Of a DNA stretch of 64,000 nt, positions 12,601-24,405 are shown one piece after another. This DNA comes from Felis catus (lineage: Eukaryota). The DNA lies in contig NC_058368.1 in NCBI RefSeq assembly GCF_018350175.1, positions 88,040,001-88,104,000 of the forward strand, given 5' to 3'. The translations under genes and the position numbers were made by a program. Numbering within the stretch: the first letter of the stretch is position 1; the number at the start of each line of letters is the position of its first letter. The notes below the pieces were generated by a model. It made no database searches. It was given only the letters and a program-made list of their open reading frames with translations, and was not told where the DNA came from.

Positions 12601-13917
12601 GAACAGGGGGCCACGAGGCAGGAACTAGATGAACCAAAAGGAGAAACTCCAGAGAGCACCAGGCAGGGACAGAAAGCTGGACAGCGCTGGGCTCCCAGGA
12701 GGGTGGCCCTCTCTCCAGAGCAGCCCAGTCAGCCGCAGGTCAGGTGTCCTCCCCTCGATGCCCAGGCCCCCCATGTCCTTCCCCAAGTGACCCGCCCTGA
12801 AGATCCTTTCGCAGCCTCTGAGAGTTCACGCCAGGTGCCCGGGCTCCGGGTGACCCCTAGCAATCCGCACCCTACCCGTGAGGCGGCCTGCCCCTCCGCG
12901 GCTCCCGTCCCTCTTCCCTCCCCCTGGGTGCCCCTGCCCCTCGACTTTCCCCCTGGCTGCGGCCGCCTCTCCTCCCTCCACCTAGGTAGCCCAGCCCCTT
13001 CTCTCTCCACCTAAGTGACTCGGCCCCGCCCGGGCTCCCGTCCCTCCTCCCTCCCGTTGGGTGCGGCCGCCTCTTCTCCTTTCCTCGGTGTGTCCCCGCC
13101 CTCCTCCTGCCCCGGCGGCCTGCCCCTCCTCTCTTCCCCCCCGGCCCCTGGGTGTCCCCGCCTCTTCTCCTCTCCTCTGTGTGTCCCCGGCCCGGCTCCC
13201 GCCCCTCCCTCCCTCCCCCTGGGTGGCCCCGCTCCGGATCCCGCCCATCCTCCCTCCCCCTGAGTGGCCCCGCCCCTCTGGGTGGCCCCGCCCCGGCTCC
13301 TGCCCCTCCTCCCTCCCCCCGGGTGCGGCCGCCTCTCCTCCCTCCCCCAGAGGCCTGCCCCTCCTCCCTCTGCCCGGTGCGGCCGACTCTCCTCCCTCCC
13401 CCGGCGGCCTGCCCCTCCTCCTTCCCCCTGGGTGTCCCCGCCCCTCCTCCCTCCTCCCTCCTCCGTGTGGCCCCGCCCGCCCCGGCTTCCACCCCGGCTG
13501 CCGCCCCGGTTCCCGCCCCGGCTCCCGCCCCTCCGCCTTCCCCCTCCCTTTAGGTACTGCAGACGCCCGCTCTCACCGGTAGACAATGACGTCGTATAGC
13601 GTGCGGCCCTGAATGTTGAGAAAGTGGGCGTAGCCCGCCCGCGCCGGGGGTGGGGTAGCGCCGTCCGCAGGACCCGGAAGCGGCAGCTCATTGGTCAGCA
13701 GCCCCAGGAGGAACGGCGCGGAGTCTGGCCCGCGCACGCGCACCAGGGTGCGCTCACCCAGCGGGAAGCAGGCCCAGGCCGCTCCGTCCGCGGGGTCGCC
13801 GCCGTGACGGCTCGAACCGTGGGCGAGGCGGCACTTCGGGGTCGCACGCAGCCGCCAGCTCCAGGCCCGGCTGCCGCGCCCCTGAGCCGCGCCCCGGAGC
13901 AGCGCCGCGGCCGCCAT
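6629..13917 (-). CDS. IBA57: Mitochondrial iron-sulfur cluster assembly factor IBA57 (GcvT/CAF17 family), 360 aa; coding exons 13917-13577, 7517-7168, 7020-6629
   Basis: Arg-rich N-terminal presequence MAAAALLRG, the [15 protein letters not shown] and [14 protein letters not shown] motifs, and the family signature [15 protein letters not shown]. Exons of 341+350+392 = 1083 nt join in phase at GT-AG junctions and end in TAG. Confidence 0.97.
8205..9560. repeat. C-rich minisatellite in IBA57 intron 1, ~33-36-bp unit 'cccctcccccagagcccaccagctggtgcccc', roughly 35-40 degenerate copies
   Basis: The unit is visible throughout. A variant unit 'ctctacccttgaccccattagctg' is interspersed at about 8530, 8632, 8800, 9038 and 9386. 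Confidence 0.93.
11810..12545 (+). mobile_element. Old LINE-1 3' fragment (L1MC-like), copy A
   Basis: L1 motifs 'aaatgggccagagaccttaacaggcacctc', 'tttggtggtttctcaaaaaac' and 'actaagtggaagcagccaatcc'. Core 11917-12515 is near-identical to 51351-51946. Confidence 0.8.
12885..13545. repeat. C-rich (G-rich on the IBA57 sense strand) degenerate tandem repeat at the 5' end of IBA57 intron 1
   Basis: Repeated 'ctcctccctccccc...ggtg(t/c/g)ccccgccc' and 'ggcggcctgcccctcc' units. Confidence 0.85.
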
Positions 13918-14160
13918 CTTAGGGAGGAGTAAGGCGGCTCGAAGGGGCGGGCTGGGCGGAGAAGGGCAGGCCTGCGCGCGAGACGGAGCTTCGAGAGGGG
14001 CGGGAACGAAGTGTGCTGGGCGGGACTTGTGCCGGCGAGGGGCGGGGACGGAGCTATGAGGTGGGGCTTGTGCCTGAGGGGCGGGGCCAGGCGCTATCCG
14101 TCGGCCTCCCGCCCCGCCCCCTGACTGTCCTGGCTGGGCACCTCCGTAGGACGCACCTGC
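13550..14160 (-). promoter_or_regulatory. IBA57 CpG-island promoter
   Basis: CpG-dense. Several GGGCGG GC boxes at ~13944-14090. YY1-type AAGATGGCGG overlaps the start codon (13911-13920). Confidence 0.85.
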
Positions 14161-14229
14161 CCTGCTCCTGGTCTCCAAGAGGTTTCCTCTTGCTTTACTA
14201 TGGTGATGTGCATGTAAGATGAGGGTCTC

Positions 14230-14650
14230 CATCGCTGAAATCTCGAGCGCACAGTTCAGCCCCAGCCAGCACGCGCTTATCGTGTACAGCCGTCCCCCAC
14301 TTCTATCCAGAACTTGCCATCTTCCTGCCGACCACTAATCCCCTTCACCCGGCCCCCAGCCCGTGGGGCCCCCAGTCCCCTCTGTCTCCGGGAACCTGAC
14401 TCTCATGAGTAGGATCGCACAGTGTGTGTCGTGCTGTGACTGGCTGATGCCATATAACGTCCTCCAGGTTCGTCTGTTCGGTAGCAGGTGTCCGATCTTC
14501 CTTTTGAAGGATGGGTGAGATTTTGTTGTATGGATGTCCCACAGGTTGCGGATGTCTGTGTTACTTCCACCCCTTCGGTGTTGTAGATGTTGCTGCCATA
14601 TGTATGCACATCTCTCGGAGACCCTGCTCTCAGTTCCTTTGGGTGTTGTG
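14230..14650 (-). mobile_element. Old LINE-1 3' fragment (L1MB-like), apparently resuming at ~15705-15790
   Basis: Antisense L1 3' motifs ('ctcatgagtaggatcgcacagtgtgtgtc...gactggctg', 'cctccaggttcgtc'). Continuation 'taattctgtgtctaatttttcaaggaacctccatactgttttcc'. Confidence 0.6.
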
Positions 14651-14719
14651 TGTACAACCATGCTCCTGTGTGTCCTCTGCTCACACTCTGCCCTTCTCTC
14701 TGACACTTAGGATCACCCC

Positions 14720-15700
14720 CTGTGCTTGAGGGGAAGTCTGCCACACCAGACTGCCACACCAGTCTGACCCTGTCCACATGGAGTCAGCGTCAGACCCCAC
14801 AGGCTCAGCCCCACAAGACCACCCCCACTTCAGGCGCCAACCCCAAGTCCAGATGACACCTGTGCTCTGAGCCACAGGCAACAGATCAGAGGTTCCCACG
14901 GCCCTTCCTCAGGTTTGATGAATGTTCTGGAGGGGCTCAGAGAACTCAGGGAAATGTTTCACTTTCTAGATTAGTGGTTTATTACAAAAGGATATGACTC
15001 AGGGACATCCTGATGGAAGAGACGCCCAGGGTGAGGCACTGGGGAAGGGGTGGGAAGCTTCCATGCCTCTCCAGGCATGTCACTCTCCCCACATCTCCAC
15101 GTGCTCCCCAGCCTGGAAGCCCCCCCCCCAACCCCAAGACCGTCCCTCTCAGTTTCATTGTATAGACGTGATTGATTAATCCATTGCCCATTGGTGATCG
15201 ATTCCATCTCCCCTCCCCAGAGGTCAGGGGCAGGACTGAAGCCTCCAACTCTCTGGTCCCACGGTGGGGTCCATAGGCCACCAGCCGCCATCCCTAGGGG
15301 CTTTTTTTTTTTAATTCTTTTTTTAACGTTTATTTATTTTTGAGACAGAGAGAGACAGAGCATGAACGGGGGAGGGGCAGAGAGAGAGGGAGACACAGAA
15401 TCAGAAGCAGGCTCCAGGCTCCAGGCTCTGAGCCATCAGCCCAGAGCCCGACGCGGGGCTCGAACTCACGGACCGCGAGATCGTGACCTGAGCTGAAGTC
15501 GGATGCCCAACCGACTGAGCCACCCAGGTGCCCCCCCTAGGGGCTTTCCAAAGTCACCGCAACAACATGAACTCAGGCTTGTTATGAACACCATGACACC
15601 TTCATTGCTGTCTTCAGTTGGGAAACCCAAGGGCTTTAGGAGCTCTGAGCCAGGAAAGAGTGACAAGGGCCAAGTCCGTATTTCTTACTATAAATCACAC
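14720..15700. mobile_element. MER21-like ERV LTR
   Basis: Recognised segments 'ggctcagccccacaagaccacccccacttcaggcgccaa' and 'ggctcagagaactcagggaaa...gtttattacaaaaggata...gatggaagaga'. Boundaries are approximate. Confidence 0.7.
15305..15534 (-). mobile_element. Young felid-type Can-SINE (SINEC_Fc-like) inserted into the LTR
   Basis: Full antisense SINE with CpGs retained. 13-bp TSD 'ccctaggggcttt' at 15292-15304 and 15535-15547. Confidence 0.95.
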
Positions 15701-15794
15701 TATCCCAGGCATGTACCCTGAGGGCAATTGCCGGTTCATACAGTAATTCTGTGTCTAATTTTTCAAGGAACCTCCATACTGTTTTCCTAGGTGT

Positions 15795-16085
15795 GTGAAT
15801 CAGTTGTGCAACAGATGCCACACACTGGGTGGCTTATACAACACACACCTGTTTCTCAAAGCTCTGAAGGCTGGAGGTCCAGGAACAGGGCCGGTGTCTG
15901 CTGAGGCCTCTCTCCGTGGCGTGCACATGGTGCCTTGTCACCTTTGGTGTCTCTTCTGAGAAGACACCAGGCCTGCAGGGCCAGGGCTCGAGGATCCCTA
16001 ATTACCTCCAGAGGGCCTATCTCCAGACACAGTCACACGGGGGACCAGAGCTTCGCATGTGGGTATTTGGGGGGGCATAGCTTTT
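15795..16085. mobile_element. MLT1-like (MaLR) LTR remnant
   Basis: 'ccacacactgggtggcttatacaac...tttctcaaagctctgaaggctggaggtccagg' and 'cctaattacctcc...ctatctccagacacagtcac' are typical of MLT1. Confidence 0.65.
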
Positions 16086-18685
16086 GAGCCCTGTTTCCCC
16101 CATCAGCTATTGTCCTGTTTTTGCTCCCCTTTGGGGGAAACTGAGAGACTGTGTGCTGCATAAGAACGGCCTCTTAATCCTCCTGTACTCCCCAGAGCCC
16201 CAGCCAAGGTGGGAGATGGAAGCTGGCTTCCTGCCCCCACCCTGGATCTGTGTGGTCTGGGCTCCACTGCCCACTGCCCCTCCTGTCCTGATCGAGCTCT
16301 CTGAGCTCTAGTCCCAACACTGTGTGCAAACGGGGCTGGAGGCGAGGCCGAGCCAGCCCCCGGTGTGGGGCTCCAGGGCCATCCTTGGGCCCAGCTCCAT
16401 GCGTCCCCACCACGTCACCAATTCCCCCAACCACACTCCAAGTCTGTGTCCGCACACAGGGCATTTCCCCAAAAGTCCAGACCCACAGCCTGCCGGGCAT
16501 TCCCCCTTGAGCGTCCTGTTCCTGAAACACAAGCATGTTTGCACAAACATGACCTGCACACCCCTTCCGGGGCCCTAGAGCTCCCTATCTGACACCTCCC
16601 CTCCACACACCTGCATCCAGGAAGTGGGATGGCTGTCTGACACCTCACTCCCACAGCGCATCCCCCTGGGATTGATCAGGTGGTCTTCTCAGGACTGGAT
16701 GCTGAGAGGACCACGTGAGAACAACTGTGAATGCTAAAGCACACCCCACTATAAAGGGGTTGCGGCTCCATGGTTAGTGACCCCACGGCCTTCCACCCCA
16801 GGTCTTAGCACTGGCCCCTCACCCTGGCCTCCTCCTAAGGCCCTGGATACTCTGCTGATTCACCTGATCTGAGTGCCTATGTGGCTCCCTGCTGCATCCC
16901 CAGGGCACGGGTAACGTGGGCCATCTCAGCATGAACGGCCCATCAGCACACGGTCGGAGCGCCAATGCCGGGTGCCCGCCCATCCCTGAGCCTCAGGCTG
17001 CTCAGTCCCCCTACTTGCCCAGCTCCCCCTTGTCCTGTCCAGCCCTACCCAAGGCCATGCTGCCCAAACCTGTGAGGTACTGGGTCTCTCCCAGCCGGGC
17101 CTGGCAAGCCTGGCTGACAGCATGGTGAGGGATGCGGATGGCCCCCCGAGCCCCCTAGTGTCTCCCAGGCCCTCGGTCCCCCTCCTGGCTGGCATCCTGG
17201 CTGTGACCTGCCATTCCTGGTATGTGGCTCCCCTGGCCGCTGGCCACTGGCTGCTTGCCCTTCATGGAGAAGGTCTTCCTCTGCCTGGCCTGGCATTCCA
17301 CAGGTGACCCGGCACGTCGCTGCCAGCTTGGGGAGGATGGAGAGGAAGCGGCCAGGACAACACGGGGGGGGGGGGGGGGGGCGCGTTCCTCCAGCCTCAC
17401 GTCAGCCGGCCCCTTGGCCAGCAGAGGAGTCTGCTTCCCACCAGCACTGCCGCCCGGCGCCACCGGGAACCGTCCCGACCTTCCTGGCGCAGTCCACTCA
17501 GCGCTGTCCAGCACAGCAACTACCCACACTAGGGCTGGTCAAGTGCACAGCAACTCAGACCAAGTTAAATGAAACTTTAAGCTTCTCGCAAGAGCCACAC
17601 TGAAGTGCCCAGAACCACACGTGGCCAGTGGCTGCCTGCACCTGCCAGCTAGCACTTCTCCAAGCCCTCTACTCCGGGAAGCCCTCCCAGATCTCTGGGC
17701 CAGCCTGGCAATTGGGATCCTTGCACATGGGCTGCCCCTTCTCAGGTGCCCCCTGCCTTGCGCCTTCAGCTCCGCATTTGTTGGGGTAGGTGGCTGGGGT
17801 CTGCCTGGCTGCAGGGGAGAGGGGGAATGCCTGGCTGCAGAGCCTCTCAGGGAACCGCACTGGTGGACCTGGGTTGTGTGCCATTGCTTCTTCTGAGGCC
17901 ATGAGCCCTGGAGGGGTGGAGAGCTGGGAACCCAGCAGGCGTGGGGGTCCTGGACCCTACTTCCCAGCTGCCACTGGGCCAGGGGTGGCTTCCTGTTATT
18001 CTCCCCTCACGGTCTCCTCCCTTCCCAAAGGCAGAGAGGAAGCTGCCTCCATTCTGGGAGCGCACAAGCAGCCGCCCCCCCCCCCCCCCCCGCCCTCCGC
18101 TCTCCCCGAACAGCCGGCCATTTGGCTCCGGCCGTGGAAACGGATGACAGTGAGACAAGAAGGCCATCCCGTCTGCTCCTGTTCTGGCCACCCCCCAGCC
18201 CAGCTCAGGGACCACCCCCCACCACCACCACCACGCAGTGAGGTGAGGCGGGGAGGCCTGGGCTCTGTGCCTTGGGTTCAGCCCTTCATCCTCATGCCAT
18301 GCCAGGTGCATGGGGAAACCAAGGCACGCACTGAGAGGGGTCTGTCCAAGTAGCACAGTGAGCATAAAGCACCACCTCTGGGAGTTCCCAGCCCCAAGCA
18401 GCTTATATGCCACGTCCTTCAGAGGATTGGTTCAGGCGTGGCATTGGGGCTGTGTCTGCAATGACAGGGTGTCAGAGGCAGGACCCTGGGTGATGCACAG
18501 TTCCGCTGAGGCTGGGGACAGCCAGTGACATCAGTGGAGAGGGCGTGACATCAGTGAGGCATGGCATCAGTGAGAACCTAAACCACGGCCATGGAAAATT
18601 CACAAAACTGAAGGCCCCCAGTGGTATCTGCAGGCCCCAAGCCTTGAAACGGGATGCCCTGTTAACACACTCTGGCCGATAGGAT

Positions 18686-18728
18686 GTGTATTAGCTGGGG
18701 TTCTCCAGGGAAACAGAAGCAATAGGAG

Positions 18729-18777
<49 letters not shown>

Positions 18778-19330
18778 CACTTATTTTAAGGAACCAGCTC
18801 ATGTCATTATGGGGCCGGCAAGTCTGAAATCTGCAGGGTAGGCTGGAGGCCTGAGAGCTGGGTTGTCGGCCCAGCCTGAGTGAGTCTGCAGGTTGGAGAC
18901 CAATGTCCCAGCCACTCAGGCAAAATGAGTTCCCTTTCACTACTCAGGCCTTCACCTGTTTGGGTCAGGCCCAGCCACACTAGGGACTTCACTCAGTCTA
19001 AAGATTCAGTGTGAATATCATGCAGAATCACCTCAAAGACACCCCCAGAATTATGCTCACTCTGGGAATCCTAGGGCCCAATCAGGATGACACAAATATT
19101 ACCAACAGCAGCACTTTGGACATAAATGGCTTCTTCTTCAGGAACCTCAGTCTTTGCTCTTATGGCCGTCACCTGATTGGATGAGGCCCACCCACGCTGG
19201 GGATGGCGATCTGCCTTACCAAAGAATGCTCATTGCCAGTGTTAATCTCATCTAAAAACACACCTTCACAGTGACATCTAGACTGGTGTTGGCAGGAACC
19301 ACTGGGCACAGATACTCAGCCTGACCCACA
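18686..19330. mobile_element. MLT2-like (ERVL) LTR remnant with an internal (GA)n microsatellite
   Basis: 'tgtattagctggggttctccagggaaacagaagcaatagg...aaggaaccagctcatg...gcaagtctgaaatctgcagg' and 'gttaatctcatctaaaaacacaccttcacagtgacatctagactggtgtt'. Confidence 0.75.
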
Positions 19331-20581
19331 GCAAACCAGTTTCCCCAGCAGCCCTGGGGGAGAGTCCTCCTCCTGATGACCCAAACTGCCTCACGTTGTA
19401 TCTAGACCAATTGAGAGTGGGCGGGGGGAGGGGGGCTGAGATATAGAAATCGTACAGGCTATACCCTTGAGGGGATTTATAGGAGGATGGTAGTGTTGTG
19501 GTTTAAGAAGGGTCAGTGGCCGCAAATTCCCAAAAGCAGTCCCCGGCGTGGGGTCAGGGGGCTTCATCTATGGCGGAGGGGGGGGCATAGCTGATTAAGC
19601 CTTGCAGGGTCCATGTGGCTGATGGCATTCTCCATGAGGCTACAGAGATCCTATCCTACATGTACCTCTTAAAATGTAACCCTGGTGGTCCCAGAAGGAT
19701 CCTGGTTGCTCTTGGATCCCACAGGCCTGTGGCTGCAGTGGAAATGGTGTCACTTGGGGGCTGCTGATAAGAGTCATTGGCCTTTGCCAGGTACTCTTGA
19801 GTCACTATGCTGTGAGGAGGTCTGAGCCACACACAGAGACTCTGACTCCCCCAGGACAACACTGCCGGTCACGTGACCCTTTCTGTCTTGGAGATGCAAG
19901 GTGTGTCTCTGCTCTGAATCTGGATTGGCATAGCTCTATGGGACTCCCTGGGACAGGGCTCCCCCAGGGGACCCAGCGTGTTCTTGGCATCAGAGGCAGG
20001 CTGACATTGGGATCGGGGTTTGGTCTGGGGACACCAAAGAGGGTTTGCAGGCCAGGAGGGGTGCTCTGGGCCTGAAGGGAACTGGGGGACCACTGGGGTC
20101 AAGAGCGATGGGGTTCCCCACCTATGTGCCCACCTCCGCCCTTCACACTACAAGCTGTGACCAGCGTCCACATAATGACATCCACTCTACTCTGCCTTTC
20201 GTGCCTGTGACTGTAGGCTGAACTTAGGCTCTGGGTATGTGCACCAGGCTGTGTTCTTTGTTGTCACCATCTGTGTTCGGCTGTGCCCCCCATCCAGCCC
20301 CGCCCCGCCCACTACCCAACACTGAAAGGCACCCAACTGGCCTGGGCCTTGCTTCTTCCAGCCAGACTGGAGCTGAGTCAGGTGTCCCAGTAGGGCCAAG
20401 GCCATACACATAAACGTGCACACTCACACGCGTGTGCACACACATACATGTACACACACCACACCCGGGCACACTCACACACATGCGCGCTCCAGGGTAG
20501 ACATACATGTGTGCACCCACAACCTATGTGTGCGCATGCCCCACATGCACACACAACACGCAGTTGTAAACAAAAGTTAGT

Positions 20582-20587
20582 TTTATT
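20582..20587 (-). terminator. Likely GJC2 polyadenylation signal (AATAAA)
   Basis: tttatt on the plus strand, ~880 nt after the GJC2 stop, followed on the sense strand by a long GU-rich tract (20400-20560). Confidence 0.7.
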
Positions 20588-21463
20588 TTGTTTCCTTTGC
20601 TTTGGCGGCTGTGTCTGAATTAGGGAGGGGGACAGAAGGCAGAGAAGGGGTAGATGGGAGCCAGGATCCCCATCCCCCAGAATGGCCCAAACCGGAGTCC
20701 CAGCACTCCCTGGCAACAGGCTAGCGGCCTGCAGAACCACACGTCTGTCCCAGGGGGAGGAGCCGAACCACAGAGGTACAGAAGCTCCAGAGAGTTCAGT
20801 CCCTTCCACCCACCCCAGGGCCTCAGCACAGGAGGGAACTGGGGGGGGGGGGGGGCTTTGCCCTCCCACAGGATGATGCGGCACTCCCCTTCTGTCCCTC
20901 CCTTCCCGTCCAGACCTCGGTTTCCCCTTCTGTACCAGAAAGACCTAGGAGTGCTCTCAGCTCTGTAGGAAACAGGAAGTGGATTGGGGATGGAGGTGGG
21001 GGGTTTGGGAGGGAACCCCATTTGCTGCTGCAGGCTGTATGGACGAGCGCCGGGCCTGCCATGACACACATGGGCTGATCAGGGGAGCAGGGTGGGGGAG
21101 GAGAGGGCCAAGACACCCCCCCCCCCCCACACACACACACAGGTGAGGCTCAGACTGCCCCCACCCCCGCAGCCACAGTCCCATAAACCCTTTCGGGTTT
21201 AGGGATCAGAGCTGGGCACCCTTCGCAGGTCCCTCCTCCTCCTCCTCCCCTGGACAGAGGGGAGACCTCAGGCAGGGAGGGGCAGTGACTCTGAGCGGGT
21301 GATGCCTTCAACCTGGCGCCCCTCCCGGGTGGCCCGGAGCAGGCGGAGGAGAAAGAGAGGGCAGGTGGTGCTCCTCGCCCTGCGCCCTGGCCTTCCCCCA
21401 GAGCCCCAGCCCCCCGCCCCAGCCGTGGCCTGCAGGGGATCGGGCCACTTCAGGGGCGGGCCG

Positions 21464-22735
21464 TCAGATCCACACGGTGGTCTTCCCCTCCCTGCTGCTG
21501 GCACTGCCCTTCTCTGAGCCCGCCCTGGGCTTGGCGCCCGGCCTGCCCTGGCCCGTGCCCCCCGACGTGGCGCTGCCCGACCCGGATGCGGGGGCGCCAG
21601 ACCGCTGGGGCCCCCGGGCGGCCGCGGGGAGGCCGGGGCACGGCGGGCTCTCGCGGTCCTCCAACGCGTGCCCGTCCCGCAGCGCCTGCAGCGCCAGGCT
21701 CGCCAGGTCCCGGTCGTGGGAGCGCGCGCGCTCGGCCGCGCGCACCACCAGGCTGTAGTCGGGCGGGCAAGCCAGGCCGGTGGGCGCGGCGGGCAGCGCG
21801 CAGGGCGGCGGGCGCGGCGCGGGGCCGGGGGCGCCGGGCGGGGGCCGCCGGCCGCGCACCGCGTCCTGCGCGCTGCCCAGGCCGAGGTGCGCCATCTCGC
21901 ACAGGTTGAGCAGCAGGCAAAGGCAGCTGACCACGTACATGACCAGCAAGAAGATGGTCTTCTCGGTGGGCCGAGACACGAAGCAGTCCACCACGTGCGG
22001 GCAGGGCTGGCGGCTGCACGGGAAGAAAGGCCGCACCTCGAAGCCGTACAACAGGTACTGGCCCACCAGGAAGGCCACCTCGAAGGCAGCCCGCGCCACC
22101 AGCTGGGCCACGTACACGCGCATCAGGCCCTCGCGCTGGATGCGCCGCCGCCCGTCGTGCTGCCGGGCGGGACCCGGGGCCCCCGCCGCCTTGGCGTCTC
22201 CGCCTGCGCCCTTGGCCGCGCCCGCGTCCTCGGCCTCGGCCTCCTCGCCCAGGCCTTCGGGCGCCCCCGACTCCTCGTCCTCCTCGCCCAGGCCCCCCAG
22301 CATGGGCTCCTCCTCGCCCAGGCCGGCGGAGTCGGGCCAGCCGGGGTGGGGCGGCAGGGGCAGCGGCAGGGGCGCGCGGGTCGGACGGCGGCGGGGCGCG
22401 CGGCGGCGTTCCTCCTCGGAGGCGCGGGCCAGACGGTGCACGGCGTACCCCAGGTACATGACGGAGGGCGTGGAGATGACGACGATCTGGAAGACCCAGA
22501 AGCGCACGTGGGACAGGGGCGCGAACGCGTCGTAGCACACGTTGTCGCAGCCCGGCTGGCGCGTGTTGCACGTGAACTTGGTCTGCTCGTCCGAGTAGAT
22601 GGACTCGCCGCCCACGGCCGTGAGCACGATGCGGAAGACCACCAGCACCGTGAGCCACACTTTGCCCACGAACGTGGAGTGGTTGTGGATCTCCTCCAGC
22701 AGTCGCGTCAGGAAACTCCAGCTCATGTTGGTCAT
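21464..22735 (-). CDS. GJC2: Gap junction gamma-2 protein (connexin 47), 423 aa, single coding exon (splice acceptor at 22753)
   Basis: Connexin N-terminus [29 protein letters not shown]. Loop cysteines in [14 protein letters not shown] and [20 protein letters not shown]. Acidic cytoplasmic loop and C-terminal TTVWI. Confidence 0.98.
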   Translation of the reverse strand: MTNMSWSFLTRLLEEIHNHSTFVGKVWLTVLVVFRIVLTAVGGESIYSDEQTKFTCNTRQPGCDNVCYDAFAPLSHVRFWVFQIVVISTPSVMYLGYAVHRLARASEEERRRAPRRRPTRAPLPLPLPPHPGWPDSAGLGEEEPMLGGLGEEDEESGAPEGLGEEAEAEDAGAAKGAGGDAKAAGAPGPARQHDGRRRIQREGLMRVYVAQLVARAAFEVAFLVGQYLLYGFEVRPFFPCSRQPCPHVVDCFVSRPTEKTIFLLVMYVVSCLCLLLNLCEMAHLGLGSAQDAVRGRRPPPGAPGPAPRPPPCALPAAPTGLACPPDYSLVVRAAERARSHDRDLASLALQALRDGHALEDRESPPCPGLPAAARGPQRSGAPASGSGSATSGGTGQGRPGAKPRAGSEKGSASSREGKTTVWI

Positions 22736-24201
22736 AGGGGCGGGGGGTGGGACCTGCGGAGCGGGAGCAGAGCTCAACCTCAGGGGGAGACGGACCGTCG
22801 GCCAGGAGGGGCGCACGCAGGGGGGGGGGGCGTCGCGGGAGGATAGGGAGGGGGCGGACCTCGGGCGCCCGGAGCTGGGACTCTGCCTAGCCCTTCCAGT
22901 AGCGCCGTGCCCACCCCCCCGGTCCTGGCCACATCCTGGGAATGGATACCGGGAGAAGCCAGGGCCTCCGTGAGCAGAACTGGGCACCAGCCAGCCTGCA
23001 GCAGCACCAGCGCCCAAGAAAGCCCAGCGCCTTATAAGCCGCGCCCGTCCCCCAGCTCTGGGGACCCCACCCACCCCAGGCCCTGAGAGCCACAGGGCCA
23101 TGGGGCCAAAAGGGAAACCAAGGCCCGCCCCACTCAGGGTCAGCTCAGATCCATGGCCCTCACCGCACCCAGGCAGCGCGCAGGTCATTGGAGAGGGTCT
23201 CATGGAGTCCTGTTCCCAGCATCCCGGAGGCTTCCAGGATCTGGGCTCCTCAGCTCCCTCCCCCCCCCCACTGGCCCTCATCCCCCAGACCCACCCCCTG
23301 GAGCCCCATGGCCGCCCAGAACCATCTGTCCCCAGTCTCCCCCAACAGTGCATCCCTCCCCCCTCCCTCCTCCACACCCTGCTTCCTCCGTCTGCACAGG
23401 GGACCCCCATACACTTCATGCCCCCTCAAGGGACCTGCTGGCCCCAGGCTGCTCCCCAGCCCTCTGGGCTGTTTTTCTCTCTAGTCCCGACACTACCCTG
23501 CCCTCTGCTGTCTCCTGGCCCAGACATCCCCTCGGGGAAGACAAGTGAGGCCAGGCATCTGTTCAGAACCGACCGGTCCGTGAGGCACACAGACACCAGG
23601 GCATCTGTGACACTTGGAGACAGCCGCGGGGCCACTCACCACTGTCCCAGACCAGTGCCCCCTTGCAGATCAGCTGATCCCTGGGTGGGCCCCTGCCGGG
23701 GAAGAGGAGGCCACTGCGTTCACCTCCCTGCGCCTCCAGGAAGGGGGGAGGGGCTACAGCCTCCCACCGCCCACCCTACCTCCTTCACTACCAAGGCCAG
23801 TACCTGCTGCTGAGTAGTTTGGGGACAGGAGACCCCAGGGTGCCTAATGCTTCTGGTCTCCTCCCTCTGGAATGGGCACGGGAGGCAGCGTGGGCAGGTG
23901 TGGGATGGCGCAGCAGAGGCAGGCGGGCAGGGGCTCTGGGGAAGCTCCACTTTATGCAGCTGGGGCCTCTCCCCGTGGGTGGGGGCAGGAAGAGGGGGCA
24001 ACCTGGGTTCCTGGGGAAGTGACCCTCTTTCCTCACATCTGTGCGCAGCGCCCCTCAGAGCCACACAGGCACATGCGCTTCTCAAATGCACAGCCACACA
24101 TGCACTCGGACACACATGTGCATACAGCAGGGCACATGGACCCACAGACACACGTGCATGCTCGTGTGTGCACATACTTATAAGCAAATGCACAGAGGTT
24201 T

Positions 24202-24312
24202 GGGGCACCTGGGTGGCTGAGTCAGTAGAGCATCTCTTGATTTCCGCTCAGTTCATGATCTCACAGTTCGTGAGTTCTGTTCTGCCATGACAGCATGGAA
24301 CCTGCTTTGAAT

Positions 24313-24349
<37 letters not shown>

Positions 24350-24405
24350 TCTGTCTCCCTCTCTCTCTGCTCCTCCCCTTCTCTCTCAAAAGAAATAAAC
24401 TTAAA
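24202..24405 (+). mobile_element. Can-SINE with a long (CT)n tract
   Basis: 'ggggcacctgggtggctgagtc...catgatctcacagttcgtgagttc', CT repeat and A-rich tail. Confidence 0.88.

Noticed and set aside
13918-14232. 105-codon upstream extension of the IBA57 frame
   Set aside because: It runs through the GC-box promoter and would mask the presequence. The ATG at 13917 has a strong context and matches the known N-terminus.
19867-19878. Perfect GGTCACGTGACC (CLEAR/USF-type) palindrome
   Set aside because: A single isolated motif far from any TSS. It cannot be told from chance without chromatin data.
21450-22846. 402-aa alternative-frame and 392-aa antisense ORFs over GJC2
   Set aside because: Expected shadows of an extremely GC-rich CDS. 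The translations are low-complexity Arg/Ala/Gly/Pro.
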